From assembly GCF_009834535.1 (NCBI RefSeq), contig NC_045700.1, positions 79,670,001-79,734,000 on the forward strand: a stretch of 64,000 nucleotides of DNA. The letters are read 5' to 3'. Made by a program: the position numbers and the translations under genes. Below, piece after piece: positions 23,370 through 36,639 of this stretch (positions are counted from its first letter, which is position 1; every line of letters starts with the position of its first letter). This DNA is from Camelus ferus (taxonomy: Eukaryota). The notes below the pieces were generated by a model, which ran no database searches, was not told the DNA's origin, and saw nothing but the letters and a program-made list of their open reading frames with translations.

Positions 23370-25727
23370 GGGTAGAATGTAGGATCACAGCAGTTCACTG
23401 TTCTAACTGCAACAGACAGACAAAACCACACAAATTATGAAAAAAAAGTCACAATTTTAAAGGATCAGAGATCTGCAGAAGCAATGAGGACTGGATCAAC
23501 TAAAATCTGGAGAAAAAAACCATTTCAAGGTGAGCTGATGAATATTAGTAATTTCTTTTTTCCACTGGGGGCTTTTGAAAATATAGTTGTGGGATGAGAA
23601 TTGACTATCAAAGACTGAGAGAATCTGCAGAAGCAAAGAGAAACAAGCAAACTTTTGGTAGGCGTATGGACCCAAAGTTACCTGTTAGAAAACTTAGAAG
23701 GTTTCAAAAGAACACTTACTGAGTTATGAATCTATGAGGAAGCCTAGAGAATTGGGCAGAAAGCTTCGTAAAGAAAGAGTGAAATCTCACACATAGTGAA
23801 GGAAATAAAGGACACAAAGACCCATAGAAGGAGGAGAACTGCCTCAAGGTATTTGCCAAATTTTGAAGTTGTGTGGGGAGGGATACTTAAGAGCTATATT
23901 GAAAGTCTCTGCCAGTCAGAACCAAATCTCCCAGTTTTTCAGGACTAAGGCTCTCATTCAAAACCCTGGGACCCACAACTGACTAACAAACAAGAGAAAA
24001 ATCAGAGGTGAACTTTGTTTGACAACTGCAGTCCAGCCCAGACTGAGGTCAGTTCCTGATTGTACTGAGGAGATCAGTGATTCCCCTTTCCTACCTAACA
24101 GAGGAAAGGGGGTAACCTCTCTTAGGTAGAACTTAATTTCATCCAGAGCATCTGTGATTCTTTTAAACGATGCACATTCTATTAGAAACAGACTCAGAGA
24201 TAATTTGGATATTAGAGTTAGCAGTTAATGGCTTTAAAATAAACACAATTAATGTTTTTAAGAAAATTGAGGAAAAGATGGACAGAAAGATAAAAGTATG
24301 TATACATTCCACAAGTAACCTGAATCTGTATTTTTTAAAAAAGCACCAAATTGATAATCTAGATATTTAAAACTAAAAATGTCTGAAATTAAGAATTCAA
24401 CAAATATGCTTAATAACAGTTAAGGGGTTTTTTTTTGGGGGGGGGGTAGTTAAGACATTTTTTATCCAAGTTTTTTACTGAGTTACAGGGAGAAAGAAAA
24501 ATGTAAAAACAGTAGGAGGCATATGGAAAATGTCAAAAAGTTTAACATATGTATGATTGGCGTTCCAAAAGGAGTAAAAAGAGAAAATGGCCCAGAAGCA
24601 ATATTGGAAGAAATAATGGTTGAGAATTTTCAAAAACTGATGAAGGATACATGGATATAAAAAGCTCAATAAAACCCAAGTGAGAAAAATACAAAGCAAA
24701 GCATATCCAGGAACATGGTAGCCAAACTGCTGAAAACCAAAAGCAGAGAGGAAATCTTAATAACATCCAGAGAGAAAAAGGCATGTACCTTCAAGACAGT
24801 AACAATAAGAGTGAGAGTGATAGCTGACTTCTCAAAAGAAATGATGAAAGGCAGGAGACAATGTATTGAGGAGACAGGAGACAGAGTTAAAGTACTGAAA
24901 GAATGGAAATCTCAAACAGATTCTATACCCACTGAAAACACTCTTTAAACTGAAAGAAAAATATTTTTCAGAAATTGAAAAAAACAGCAGAATTTTTTTA
25001 TTACCAGGTGTGCACTACAGAAAATAACAAAAAGAGTTGTTCATACAAAAGAAAAATCATCCCAGATGAAAACATGGAAATTAGGAAAAAATAAAGAACA
25101 CTGGAAAAGATAAATATGTGGACAAATATAAATTAACACTGATACTTCAAAACAATAACTGCAATATTTTGTAGATTTAAAAATATATATAACCCTTGGC
25201 TCTTCTCCCCCAGCCCCTTTCCTTTGGAGGTGCCCAACCTCCTGCCTCCCCCTCCCTCACTCTAGGAGAGAGAACTGCTAGTGAGGAGATGACTATTTTA
25301 TAAAGAAATGAAAAAAAGTGAAATAAAAATGTGTTAAATTGGGAAAACTATACATAAAACTAAAATTAATGGCAAAAATAAAGCTTTGCAAAAGGAAGTA
25401 ATAAAATTAAAAGATTCTAGCAATGACAAGGAAATGGTAAAAATAGTAGTCTGTTTTGACCATAATAAATCAATACTGTAATCTGTAGGACAATCACTAA
25501 AAAATAGTAGAAGAATATATTCACACACACAAAAAAATGGAATAATAAAAATACCTTATTAATCCAGTATAAAGCAAGAAAGGATTGTTAAAAAAAGGAG
25601 CTGGAAACAAGTAAGCCAAATAGCAAACAAATAATAGAAAGGCAGATATAAACTGAATTATACCAGTAATTACATTAAAAATAGGTTATATTCTCCAATT
25701 AAAGAGTAAGATCGTCAGGTTGGATAA
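23370..25727 (+). mobile_element. Old LINE-1 5' UTR, ORF1 and start of ORF2 (L1MD/L1ME or HAL1-like), degraded
   Basis: ORF 24715-24948 VAKLLKTKSREEILITSREKK...IADFSKEMMKGRRQ matches L1 ORF1p; about 25630-25727 resembles the ORF2 endonuclease start (CAGTAATTACATTAAA...TCCAATTAAAGAG); many stops and frameshifts. Confidence 0.85.
25193..25343 (+). pseudogene. Putative 5'-truncated retrocopy of an unknown mRNA 3' end, inserted in L1
   Basis: Non-L1 C-rich sequence with AATAAA at 25322-25327, 16 nt before an A-run; flanks AAAAATATATATAA (25179-92) and AAAACTATACATAA (25344-57) match 12/14; TT/AAAA endonuclease site. Confidence 0.6.
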
Positions 25728-27224
25728 TGTAAAATGGATTCTCAAGTTCTTTATCTTTCTTTTTAACTACAAGAACTACAAGTAAAGATGTTATTGGATC
25801 TCAACCTTGGAGGGTGTAGGTTCCATCACATTTGACATAGTTGATCTAGGATTACAAAATTTGGAGGTGAAATATATCTACTTAGCCCAGGAAAAGGACA
25901 TTGAGCTGAACCAGGTTTAGTAACTCTTTAAAGTTCTCAGATGACTGACTATATCTAGTTGTTTGTATTTCTTTAAAACTTAATCTAAGGTACTATTTAT
26001 TATGTTTCACACACAGAGGAACCAATCAAGAATTCAAAATGTTTAGGTTAATCATGCAATTTTCCATGAAATTAAACCACCTCATGCATATTCATTACGG
26101 GAAGATATGTTTGTGCCAACTCAAAAAAAATATTGAAAAACTGCACTGAGAAAAGAATTTCATGTCTCCCTTTGCATCTAGGAAGACTCAAGAGTTTCCC
26201 TGAAGAAGATATTTCTATCTCTCACAGTGCTTCATCTGTTACTATTTTGACTATTTCCTGGTCAGATCCAGCTCTGTCATGGGATAAGAACTGGATTGTC
26301 TTCGAAACAGAGCCAAGGGGAAGAAAGAAAGTCAACAAAGGGAGGCTTAACGAACACCTCTTGCTGATTCAGAAGTGAATTGCATCCCGTTTTCCAGGTA
26401 TGAGCTGCCCCTACCACGGCAAAGAGGCCACACACATATTCCTCCAGCCAATGTGGTTCCTGTCCAGGCCAAGGCCCAGTCCCACATAGGAGCCATGCTA
26501 CAGGGAGGGTAAGGACCTGCCTCTCTGGCTGTCCAGTCAGACACCTCTGCAGCCAGAACAAATCCTCTCCAGACATTCTTTAATTATGACTTTAAACAGA
26601 ATATGGGAGAAATAAGGCCACAAACATCATTGGACATTAAATTCAAAGGAAAGCCCAGCTGGTGTCTCAGAGAAAAGTGAACTTTGTCATGTCCCATTCA
26701 ATAGCCTCAAGGTAGCAAAATGACAAAATGGGTAGAGAATGAAGGGAGGAAGTCCACCCCTTCTGAAAATGGTCAATATCTTGATGAAAGGTCGAAGGAA
26801 TTAAAGAGACCTGAGAAGGGCATTTCCTTTCCCTGTGGCAGCTCTTCGATGCTAGAGCTCCAGGAAGAATCCCAAAGGATCTGTTTTTCTGAGTTTGGCA
26901 GGTGTGACTCCTTATATGGAAATGGTTTCCATCAGTAAAACTGGATTATTCTGGTTAATCGGCTGCCTGTGTTATCTGAAATCTGAGCATTGCCTCACAT
27001 GTAAATTATTTTATTGTATGCTAATTTCTTGAAAATCAGTAATCCCTCTAACATAAAAACCATATGGCTTCATTTTGACTTGGTCATTCAGGAAACAACA
27101 AAATCTTGCAATGCCTCACAGATGTCGTCTTAAAAAATAGTTGTCTACAGGACCAAGGGGGAAAATATAGTTAGGCTTTCAAAACCCTTGTATTAATTAA
27201 CTCTGCATGAGTGTGCATTGGTCA

Positions 27225-27440
27225 TAGTTTATTCAGACATTATTGAATACTCTAATGTGCCAGCTACTTTTACTTACATTGTTTATTTTAAATCTCATTT
27301 TAAACCTTTTGGGTAGATTTTGTTATTCCAGTTTTACCAAGGAAATAACTGAAGCTTCGAGGGATTATATATTATCTGTTTAAGACCACACAGCAAGTAA
27401 TAAGAATTTGAACCAGGTCTTCTGATGCCAAGCCCAGTGT
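27225..27440 (-). mobile_element. MIR SINE
   Basis: TTATTGAATAC...TTTTACCAAAGGAAATAACTGAAGCTT...GAATTTGAACCAGGTCTTCTGATGCCAA. Confidence 0.7.
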
Positions 27441-28574
27441 TCATGCTATGATTCTTCTTGTTTCTCCACCATCCTTGTATTTTTCATTATTGATAACCAC
27501 AAATAGCATAAATAACAGTAGCAATAATCCAGAAATTGGTACTTCTATATATCTTTCCAATCTCTGCCGGATGATTTTATTCCATGAATGGATTCCTTGG
27601 AAATTCTTGGAAAATGAAATCTAAAAAGCCAAAATGATCTTATCATCACTGTAATGAGTTTAGGCTACAAATAATAAGCGAATAATGATGAAATAGAATA
27701 AGGATGGGGCATGAATTTAGGCATTTGTACTGCAAGAGGCTCTGCTTTGGAATTTTCTTGGTTCTTCTTAAATTTCAATAACCAGTTATTTATTTGGGGG
27801 GCAAGGCCAGGAAGCATGCAAATGTGTTTTGGCCCATGAGACCGTGTGGGTGTTTATGATCATGTCACTTCATTCCTGTATGGGTGTGAGTGTGAACCTC
27901 TGATTATTCAACAAGATCATCAATTTAGCTCCATATGCCCAAGAGCTGATTGCAATGATGTTTAAGGCAGAAGGCCACTGGAAAAACAAATTGGAACTGC
28001 TGAAGGAAAGATGGCTCAAGGGTCAGCTTTTCCTGTAAAGTAGCGAGTGGATTTAGCATTCGTGAAAATTTCCAGTGCTGGTTGGAGTCCAGAGGGACCT
28101 AGGGTGTTCAGCTTGCCTCTGCCACTTCCTGGCTCTGGCTGGGACACACATTACCCTCTGACTCTGGCCTGGCGCAGCACTGCACCATGTTGAGGTCCAT
28201 GCCCTCTGTCCTCATCTGCTCTGCTCAGAGATGACCCCTTCTGTGCTGCTCCAATGGTGCCTGCCAACCATGATGCCAGGAAACATAGGCATCAGACAGA
28301 ACAGGTTCAAAGAGACTGGCACAGCAGAAACCAGGGAAAGAGCCCATGTCCTTGGGGGCAGAGAGGAGGGGGAGTGGGTGAGGCAGGATGGAGACAAGTT
28401 GGAAGCCCTTCAAAATGCCATTCTCTCCTCCCCACATCCCCAAGGACCCCCACCACTAACCCCCTATGCCACTGACACCCACACCAATACTGGCCTTTTC
28501 TCTGTTTTCCCAACCCTTTTTAATCACACAGCTCAAAAGATTCTCAGGGAACACCTAATCCTAGTTTCAAAACT

Positions 28575-28725
28575 GGTTTAAAGCTTAGGTTTCAATCCTG
28601 ACCCTCCCTCTCAAAAACTGTGTGATTCTGAGAAAAAGTATTAACCTCCCTGATCCTCGATTTTATTTTCTCATATGTAAAATGAGGATAATGGGTATCC
28701 TGAACATATGTCACGTTTACTCTTG
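28575..28725 (+). mobile_element. MIR SINE
   Basis: GGTTTCAATCCTGAC...CTGTGTGA...TTAACCTCCCTGATCCTCGATTT...CTCATATGTAAAATGAGGATAAT. Confidence 0.75.
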
Positions 28726-28727
28726 CA

Positions 28728-29120
28728 GTGTATCTATCAGAGTTCAGTCAGGAAGACAGAGCGACTGTGTTATGGGAATAAGGGGGTTTTATTAAGAACA
28801 ATTGAACAAACAGAGAAGGAGCTGAGTGTGCAGAGTGGTTTTGGAGAAGTATGGAATTGGTCACTAAGCAGTCTGCCTGAGTCAGTGGTGAGGAGGAGGG
28901 ACACATCAGAGCTTGCAGGAGAATCTGAGAAACCAAGTGTGCACAGTATAAGTGGGATCACTAGGGGAGGCTTGAGGAGGGGACTCTGACGCCACTGTCT
29001 GGGGGTCCACAGCTAAGTGCTTTGTGGTGGCCTGACCACACACAAAGCAGGGCCAAGAGCAGGGAAGACAAGCTGCACAAACAGAAGACAAGCTGGACAA
29101 ATAGAGAACAAGCCAGGCTC
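28728..29120. mobile_element. Probable ERVL-class solo LTR, subfamily uncertain
   Basis: TGTATCTATCAGAGTTCAGTCAGGAAGACAGA start, TTTATT motif, and an internal degenerate 20-bp repeat (29064-29117). Confidence 0.4.
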
Positions 29121-29324
29121 CTCTGTGTTTATTATTATTGCCATGACTGTGTCTGACCGTGACAGCCTTTTAGAGGAGTGGCTTCTGCTTAATTCTCTCC
29201 TCTTGAATCTTCCTCTTTTGGCTAACTCTAAACTGGTACCATATAGGAAACATATTCTTGGAAACTTACTATCCAGCCTTGGACAAATTGAATAATACTT
29301 CAAAGTTTTTCCTCCTTCTTCTAT

Positions 29325-29790
29325 GACTGCAAATTTGCTTTGGGAACTAGCTCTCTCACTCTCAGTCCTTTTACCCTATCCCAGCCCTCAGGACTATCAT
29401 GGGACTTGAGCCTGGCCAGCTGAACATTGCACACCTATGGCCATTGACTGGCTCAGGGATGGATTCAAGACCCAAGGATAGCTAATAAAATTCTGTTATG
29501 GAAATTTGTCAGAGCCAAGCAAGGACACAGTCCCTCTTTTCCATGAAGATAAGACATAAGTCTCAAACTTCTGGTAGCCAACTGGCCATCAAGAGGGAGA
29601 CTTTCTGAGAATAAAGCTAACCCAGGGAAAGCTGGACCTAGGGAAGGCGAGTAAGACTAAGTCCTACTGCATCATTTAAATCACCTGGACCTGGAAATAA
29701 GAAATATCTGGATTCAAAGCCAAAAAGTGATGTGTGAACTAGCTTGATTAAGGTCTTATCACTTGCAATCAAAAGGTTCCAGACTAATAC
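29325..29790 (+). mobile_element. MaLR solo LTR (MLT1J/K-like)
   Basis: GGCCATTGACTGGCTCAGGGATGG, CTGAGAATAAAGCTAAC, end TCACTTGCAATCAAAAGGTTCCAGACTAATACA. Confidence 0.75.
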
Positions 29791-31498
29791 AATAGGGTCA
29801 GTTGAGGATCAAATAAGCAAGACCATGTCATACAGTAGTGCTCAATAAATGTCAGTTATTAATTACTATTGTCATAGTTGTTATTATTATCATTACTTGC
29901 ATAGATTTCCATTTATAACCCTTCTTCTTCTACCCCCTCTCTTCTGTGTTTATGTACAATGTCTTAAGTTCTGTCTGAAGACATTAAACCACATAAAATG
30001 AACTCAGAAGGTCCCTTTCTGTCTGTCAGTAGTCTGCAAGCACAGCAGCCATGATCGACAGACAAAAAGACCCAGCTAGAGTTTATGCTTTTATAAAACA
30101 ACAGGAAAAAAATCTTAAGTAGGAAACTTATCTCATCCTCCAATATCCTGCTTCCTGTCATCCTTTCCATGACAGTTTCTTCCTGACCATGAAGATGCCT
30201 CTTCCTGGCTCTCTGCCTCTGTCCTTTTCTCTGTTTTACTACATTCTCCAATGAGGAAGGAGTACAAGAGGAGACGATGAGCTAACTCAAACCTCAAAAG
30301 GGTTTAGATTTCTTTGAAAAGAACCATATTAAGTCTCCACTGCCCTTAGGGCACTCTAAAGAAAGGACCATGAGAGGATTCACGAAAAGCATTTGCAGGT
30401 AAAAAGATTGGTAAATAGCTTTTCCTTATATTTTCTATTGGACTTGGAATTAGCTACACTGGGAAGAAATGACTCAGTAGCAACTTATCCCTGGTTCTCA
30501 AAAATATGAAAATTTAAGATGCAGGGAAGTGTAGCCACCTAGATACTCAGTTAGAGCATATTTATAAAGTCTATAGGGTATACAGAATATGGTAACTGTT
30601 CTCTGTCTCCAATGGGTTTTGACTAGGAAATGGCTCCGGACACCATGTGGGCTTTGCAGTACTCATTTGCAGGGAATTCTAGATAGTGAGCAGTTTAATA
30701 GCATAGATAAATAAAGCCACTGAAATGCCTTCTCTGGAAAATATTAGAAACTTAGAAGCATGGGAGTGATGACTTTCAGAATTGAATTCAGTACAAGAAT
30801 ATCATTTTTTAAAGACAAATAATCACTTTTCATGGGTCCAGGGATGTGAAGTAGTCACAGTTATTAGTACAAGGAAAATATAGGAGACTTGGGATGCTCA
30901 CTTCTTTTGCTCTCTAGCTGAGCATCCAGATTCTCTCTCGTTCTGTCGTTATCCTCCACTCCTAGCTCCAAAGTTTACTTTCCCTTAACAGATCTCATAA
31001 GTGACATTTGTTTTATGTTTATGGCAAATGTTCAAGTTAAACTGATGTAGGGTTAGTACCAATTTTAAGCTGTATTCACCAATGGGCTACCTAGAGACCC
31101 TACTTCCCAGAGTCTATTTCCATAAGGGACTGAGAAGTCTCCTGAAAATGAATGAACTCATCAAAATGAATGAGTTGAGAATAAGAAGACTGGCCAAATA
31201 ACCAAGCCATGAAATTGCAGAGGAGAAAGGATTTTAAGTGTGGCATGGTTATTAGGGCAGGGCTGGCAATTCTCAGCAGGAGCAGAAGTAGTACCCAGCA
31301 GAGGTGGCAGCAGTCCCCTGGAGAAGCAGTGGGAGTGCTCAGTGGATCCTCTATGGGAGTCCATCAGACTTGTTCAAGGGTACTTGTGAAATTATCAGCT
31401 GGGAGTTACAGTTTTGGGGTGGGAGTGAGAGGAAGTGAACTTGGGGTTGCTATAGCTGTACACTCTGAAGGATGCAATCTAGAGAAACATGGATTACA

Positions 31499-31567
31499 TA
31501 TATATGAAATATATAAATATAAATAAATAAATATATATAAATATAAATAAATATATATATATATATA
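31499..31567. repeat. AT-rich low-complexity repeat (TA/TAAA)
   Basis: TATATGAAATATATAAATATAAATAAATAAATATATATAAATATAAATAAATATATATATATATATA read directly. Confidence 0.9.
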
Positions 31568-31649
31568 GTACAACTCATGTATTACTACAGATTCTATCTA
31601 TTTCAAGTCATTACCCCATGGCTATGGTGACCAGTTCCCTGAAGACTTC

Positions 31650-32099
31650 ATTAAGCCTCAGCCATGAATCACCTGAGAGCTCCTCACCTCCTTGATTAAT
31701 GCCCTGAAGCTTCATTGATGTCACAGTTTGGGATGCCTGTGGCAATCCCTCAGCATTTCTCACGCACAACCCCAAAGATCTGGAGGGTTAACACTTGTGG
31801 GAGAATTCTTGAAAATCGGAAATGAGAATTAATTGGTAGATGTCCTTCTGTACCACCCCCCCTCCAGGGGGACAGTTCTAAAATGCATTTTATAAGACTT
31901 CTCAGACAGTCCCACAGGTCAAGTACCTAGTCACTCCTAGTGGTTACCAACCCAGTGACCACTTTTGGATGGCCTGTCCCTCCTGCCCATGTCATCTTTC
32001 CTGCCCCTCATATCCATACCTTGGATTCCCCAATAAACCACTCATATTTCTGCCTTATCTCAGATTCTGCTTTTGGGGAAGCCCACAATAAGAATTTGA
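31650..32099 (+). mobile_element. ERVL solo LTR (LTR16-like)
   Basis: End CCCCAATAAACCACTCATATTTCTGCCTTATCTCAGATTCTGCTTTTGGGGAAGCCCACAATAAGA matches the recalled LTR16 3' end. Confidence 0.75.
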
Positions 32100-33990
32100 C
32101 TTCTGAAGTTAAATGTTGTTTTCCTTCTACAAACTCTTTAAAACCAGGCCTTGAAGTCCTATTCCGTTATGTAGATGTTTTTATGTTCTTCCCCTTTTCC
32201 TACCACTTCCTTTGGGCTTTGTCTGACCTCCATCATCCAGAGTCCCATGACATCTACAGCCCGTACTGTTAGAGAAGTATTTCCATCACCAGATTGTATC
32301 ATTGATTGGGGACCAGGGGAATGCACTTGGAGGCCAAGAAAAAAATATTAGCTAATATGTGTCATGGAATATGATGCCTGGGGTAAGGAAAAACACTTAA
32401 AGTTACAAAAGAGAATTAGAAAATTACAGCCCCTTCCTGGTAATTTAGAGTTGGAACTAGAGCTTCTCTCTCTTTGTAGCTCCTTCTTCTTGCAGATAAA
32501 TAATCTGAAGACTAGGATGGTTAAGTGAATAGCTCTGATATTTAGCTCCCTAACCTAGTGCTTATTTTTTTAGGAGATACAAGAAGCCATAGAGTTTGGA
32601 TGAAGCCATAGGCTCGTTCATAGTGTCTCTGTTGATGATAATGAGGTTGGTAGAAATAAAACAGTCAAGCACAAGAGGATATTGACTTATAGGTTTAAAG
32701 AATATTAGGGTTAGAAATCTAACAACCTACTAAAGCAAGAATCTGTCAGGTGTGTATGTCTAATTTTAAAAATACCCACCTGACTCAGTCAAACAAGTCA
32801 ACTTCCCTGTCAGTAGAATGCCATTACCAAAAGACTGAATTCATGAAATCAGATCCTTCTTGTCTCCACCCACCCCTAATGTATTTATCTTGCTTCTTGT
32901 CTGTTCTGCCCTTGCTTTTTGGTGACCCACTCATGACATATCTGGCTCTTGGTTCTTCTATGTTACTCTTGGTTTTACTGCCCACATCCCTTTTTTTGGC
33001 ACAGAACCTCTTGGGGCTGCTGCCCCAGTAACAGGTGCCACTCAGGCTGGCTCAGTTCCCAGGCTTCAGGCCCTCCCTGGACCGGGCCCTGGAAGACCAG
33101 AAAGGGCAAACTCTCCCTGCAATATCCCCGCGAGTGGCCACAGAGGCTCTATCTAAGCTTCTAGTGCAGGGGAGCATGCTGCCTCACAAGACAGCTGTAT
33201 ACTCTGTTAGAAATCTTTGTTTAGAAGTTGTTTCTTTCATTGCATGAGAATCTGCATCGCTATAGGTTTTGTGCATCAATCCTAGTTCAGCCTTAGAAAG
33301 CAGTGCGGCCTGCTCCATGTGAAAGTTCTTGATAGTTGAAGGCATTTCTCAGATATATCCCAATTCTTTACCTCTCAAGACTAATATCATATCCCTGAGC
33401 CCTTTAACTTTCTTTATATGATAAAGGTTCTAAGCCCTACACTGAACTATACACCTGCTCTGTGTTCCATCTCTGTCTGCCTTCCTAAGTTGCTGTATGC
33501 ACAGGTGGATTATCCCTCCAGGTGACACCTGCCCAGTGCAGTTACTATGAGGTTATTACTTTTGGTTCACATTGAATTTGTGGGTTAAATAAATTCATAG
33601 ATATTTATCTCATGAACCAAATCCAAATTGGATCTCTTGCCCTAAATCACTTTTGGAACAAGGTGAGCCGTAAGTAAATAAATACACAAATGAACACAAA
33701 TAAAAAGTTTAAATGTGCTCAATATTTTCAGTCCCATTTTGAACCAGACATGACCAGGAACACTTTATATGATTGGATTATTAATATTAGGTTGTCACAT
33801 TTTACAAGTTCCCACAGTGTCGTTGTCAGCTTCACATCACCCTGAAACCTTCATATTTCTAAAAATCTTAATTCTAATCACAATAGGGGACCTAGAAAGT
33901 GGCAAATCAGGATTATTTCAGGCTCCTGACTATAATTATAATCCTCAGTCTTATGCAAAGCAACGGGGACCATTCACACAAAACAGTGTT

Positions 33991-34009
33991 TGTGTGTGTG
34001 TGTGTGTGT
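33991..34009. repeat. (TG)9 microsatellite
   Basis: Read directly. Confidence 0.95.
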
Positions 34010-36164
34010 ATGATAAAAGGGGGAGAGTTGGTCATTTATTCAGTTTTAGTCAAAAGAGCTACATTTTGTTTGAACAATGATGCTGGTTCCTTTTTGCTTT
34101 ATTTATGAATTTGAGTGTGGTTAAAGTTTAACACAACTGACGTAAAAGTCTCCTATAAAATTAATTTGTCACACTCTCCTTGAAGAATTGCCTTTTCTAA
34201 CAAAATTGTGAAATGGACTGAACAGTAGCAGCGTGGAGCATCTATCAAGAGAAAGACCCAGAATGAGGCATGATGTCAATGGTTACAGCACTCTATATTT
34301 AATCTCACAAAATGTGCATCTTATTAGAGTTGATGCAAGTAAATGGTATAAGGCACTTCAACAGCCTGGATTTGATTATGAAGAGCTATGAGAGCATTTG
34401 GAGAATAAATGCAAATCCACAATGTTCGGATGAGTGTTAGGAGAAAGGAAGGGGGTCACATAGGATAGATGACATCTAGTTGAGCTCTTAAAGGATGGGT
34501 AGAATTTAAATAGGAAACATGATGTACATATGGTGTTCCGATATACTTTCTCATGGAGAGGGGCCTTCTGAGAGCTCTGCACAGTGCTCCCTTTTCGAAC
34601 CATAGCTTGTTAAGCAGCATGTCAATTTGGCCTCATTCAGTTGAGGGATAGACTAACAACAGAACCCGAACCAAGGAGAGAGGGTTATGTAGATGCCCAC
34701 CTGCCCAGTTTCTGTAGTGAGATCCAAGTCACACAAGACTTCCATTTAATTCTTCATGCCTTTGGGCTATGAATTAATGCAAAAGTTCCAGGAAATCTAG
34801 GTTTCAAGCCAAAAACTGAAGAGCAAAAGAGCAAAGCCATGGGGGGAAAGAGTGCTAGACAAAGTAAATCTACCTAGACAGTTGGTGATGAGCCTTACTA
34901 CTCAGTTCTGTTTTATTAGACCATAAAGGTAAAGGCATGTGTTCTTTTTTCCTGGAAGAGCCCAGATAGCCCTGTTCTTAAATGAAATTCAGGCATGTTT
35001 GGGTGTAGCTGCAGCTGATTTGCATGGGGGCTTTTGTTTCCATCTGAAAGGGAAAGAGGGAGATATATGCAAGCATCAGGTGGTAATAGAGAAGAGGAGA
35101 TGGTGTCTAGTGCATTACTTGGCCTCAAGACTATGGCTAGCGGGATTAGAGGAAAGTCCAAGGAAGCTGCTACCATAAAGGTTTCAGTAGCTGCAGTTTT
35201 TATGGAAATGTGTGACAGAGAGGTGGGGAGTGTGTCATTGTCCTACCTCGGCCAAGGCCATAGCACTGCTCTTGACTGACAACTTAGGGTGATGATCCTC
35301 TTAGCATAAACATTGGCATTAATGTGGAGTAAACTTTAGTGATGGCAGCATTCAGAGTTCCCCAGTGGCTTTGGAAATTGAAGACAATGGTCAGGGGACC
35401 AAAGCAGGAGAGAGAAAAATGACAGAATCCAAGCAGTGACTTGCAGTTGACAGACATATTGGTGAACACAAGAGTGAATTCCAGTGAGTACCCCAAGAAA
35501 CATCAGGGGAGCTAAAAGCTGTGTATGAGCAGGCAGGAGTAAAAGCAGATCTGTGTCATGGGTCCCTTTCACAGTCTCAGAAAAAAAATGGGACTTTTAA
35601 TATTTTCTTTGGGCCCCAACAAATACTTTCTTCAAAAGAGATCAAACTGGAGCATGCCAATGGGTACTAAAGTAATATAATGATACCAAATTGACCATTG
35701 AGAGTTAACTTGCCCCATTCCCACTTACATTCCCAGCACTCTGAAAGCCATGAATCTTGTGATGTACTTGATAAACTGCATAGTTTGGACTGCAGGGGTG
35801 AAATGATAAGAATTGACTAGAATTTCTTGTCAAGGGAAGAGTGAGTCCCTATAGTGAGATTTTCTCTGATGTTGAATTTCCACTTAGGTATCCAGCCTTC
35901 CCAGTGTTTAGAGTCCTAGATGGGTAATGTTTCCTTCATGTGTAAAGCCTAGATGCTCTACTGAACTCTCTTTTTCCACACATATTCATTTGGACCTTGA
36001 TCAAAATCATGCTCCAGAATTTGAGTCACCTGAGGAGGCAGTGGGGCCAACAGCAATAACCTATAAAGATAAGGTATATTTTCAGGGGTGAGAACTGGAA
36101 TGTGATGGAAGTATCTGTAAAGTCATTGAACCACATCCCCAAAACTCTCTGCTTTGTGTATTCC

Positions 36165-36600
36165 TCCTACAAGTATTAATTGAGCATCTTGGTTCTCTGC
36201 TTCTACCATGATATGGTAGGATGCTGGAGCTAGAATACAAACAAGACAAAGTCCCTTATTTGTGAAGAGGAGGTAAGACACATCATCACCATCATCATCA
36301 ATCAATGACAGTATTCCAGACAGCACAAAGCTATGTGGAATTGAGTAGGTAGGTACTCTTTTATAAAAGAAGTTTAGGAAAGAATCCCTAAAGATGTGAC
36401 ATTTGAGCAGAAATATACATAATGAGAGAGAGCAAAATAAAAGCCTGGGGTAAAGGCACTTTAGGTAGCAAGTACAGGAAGTGCAAAGGCCCTGAGGTAG
36501 GAATGAGTCTAAAGTAGAAAAACAAAAGACCATGGCTAGGTCATGCCAAGGAGAGGAGGACAGTAGGACATAAGGTCAAAGTAGTAGGTATGGACTTCCT
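36165..36600 (-). mobile_element. L2 LINE fragment
   Basis: ATTAATTGAGCATC start; GATGTGACATTTGAGCAGA and GTGCAAAGGCCCTGAGGTAGGAATGAG are antisense L2 motifs. Confidence 0.75.
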
Positions 36601-36639
36601 TCTTTTACCTGATAGTGATTTGGGGCATAAAAATAATAG

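Noticed and set aside
31859-31877. CTCF-like CCTCCAGGGGGACAG in LTR16
   Set aside because: It mismatches the invariant C after the G-run and is part of the LTR body.
33003-33130. GC-rich block with open frames on both strands and a minus-strand acceptor
   Set aside because: The donor is weak, the peptides are unrecognised and no partner exons were found.
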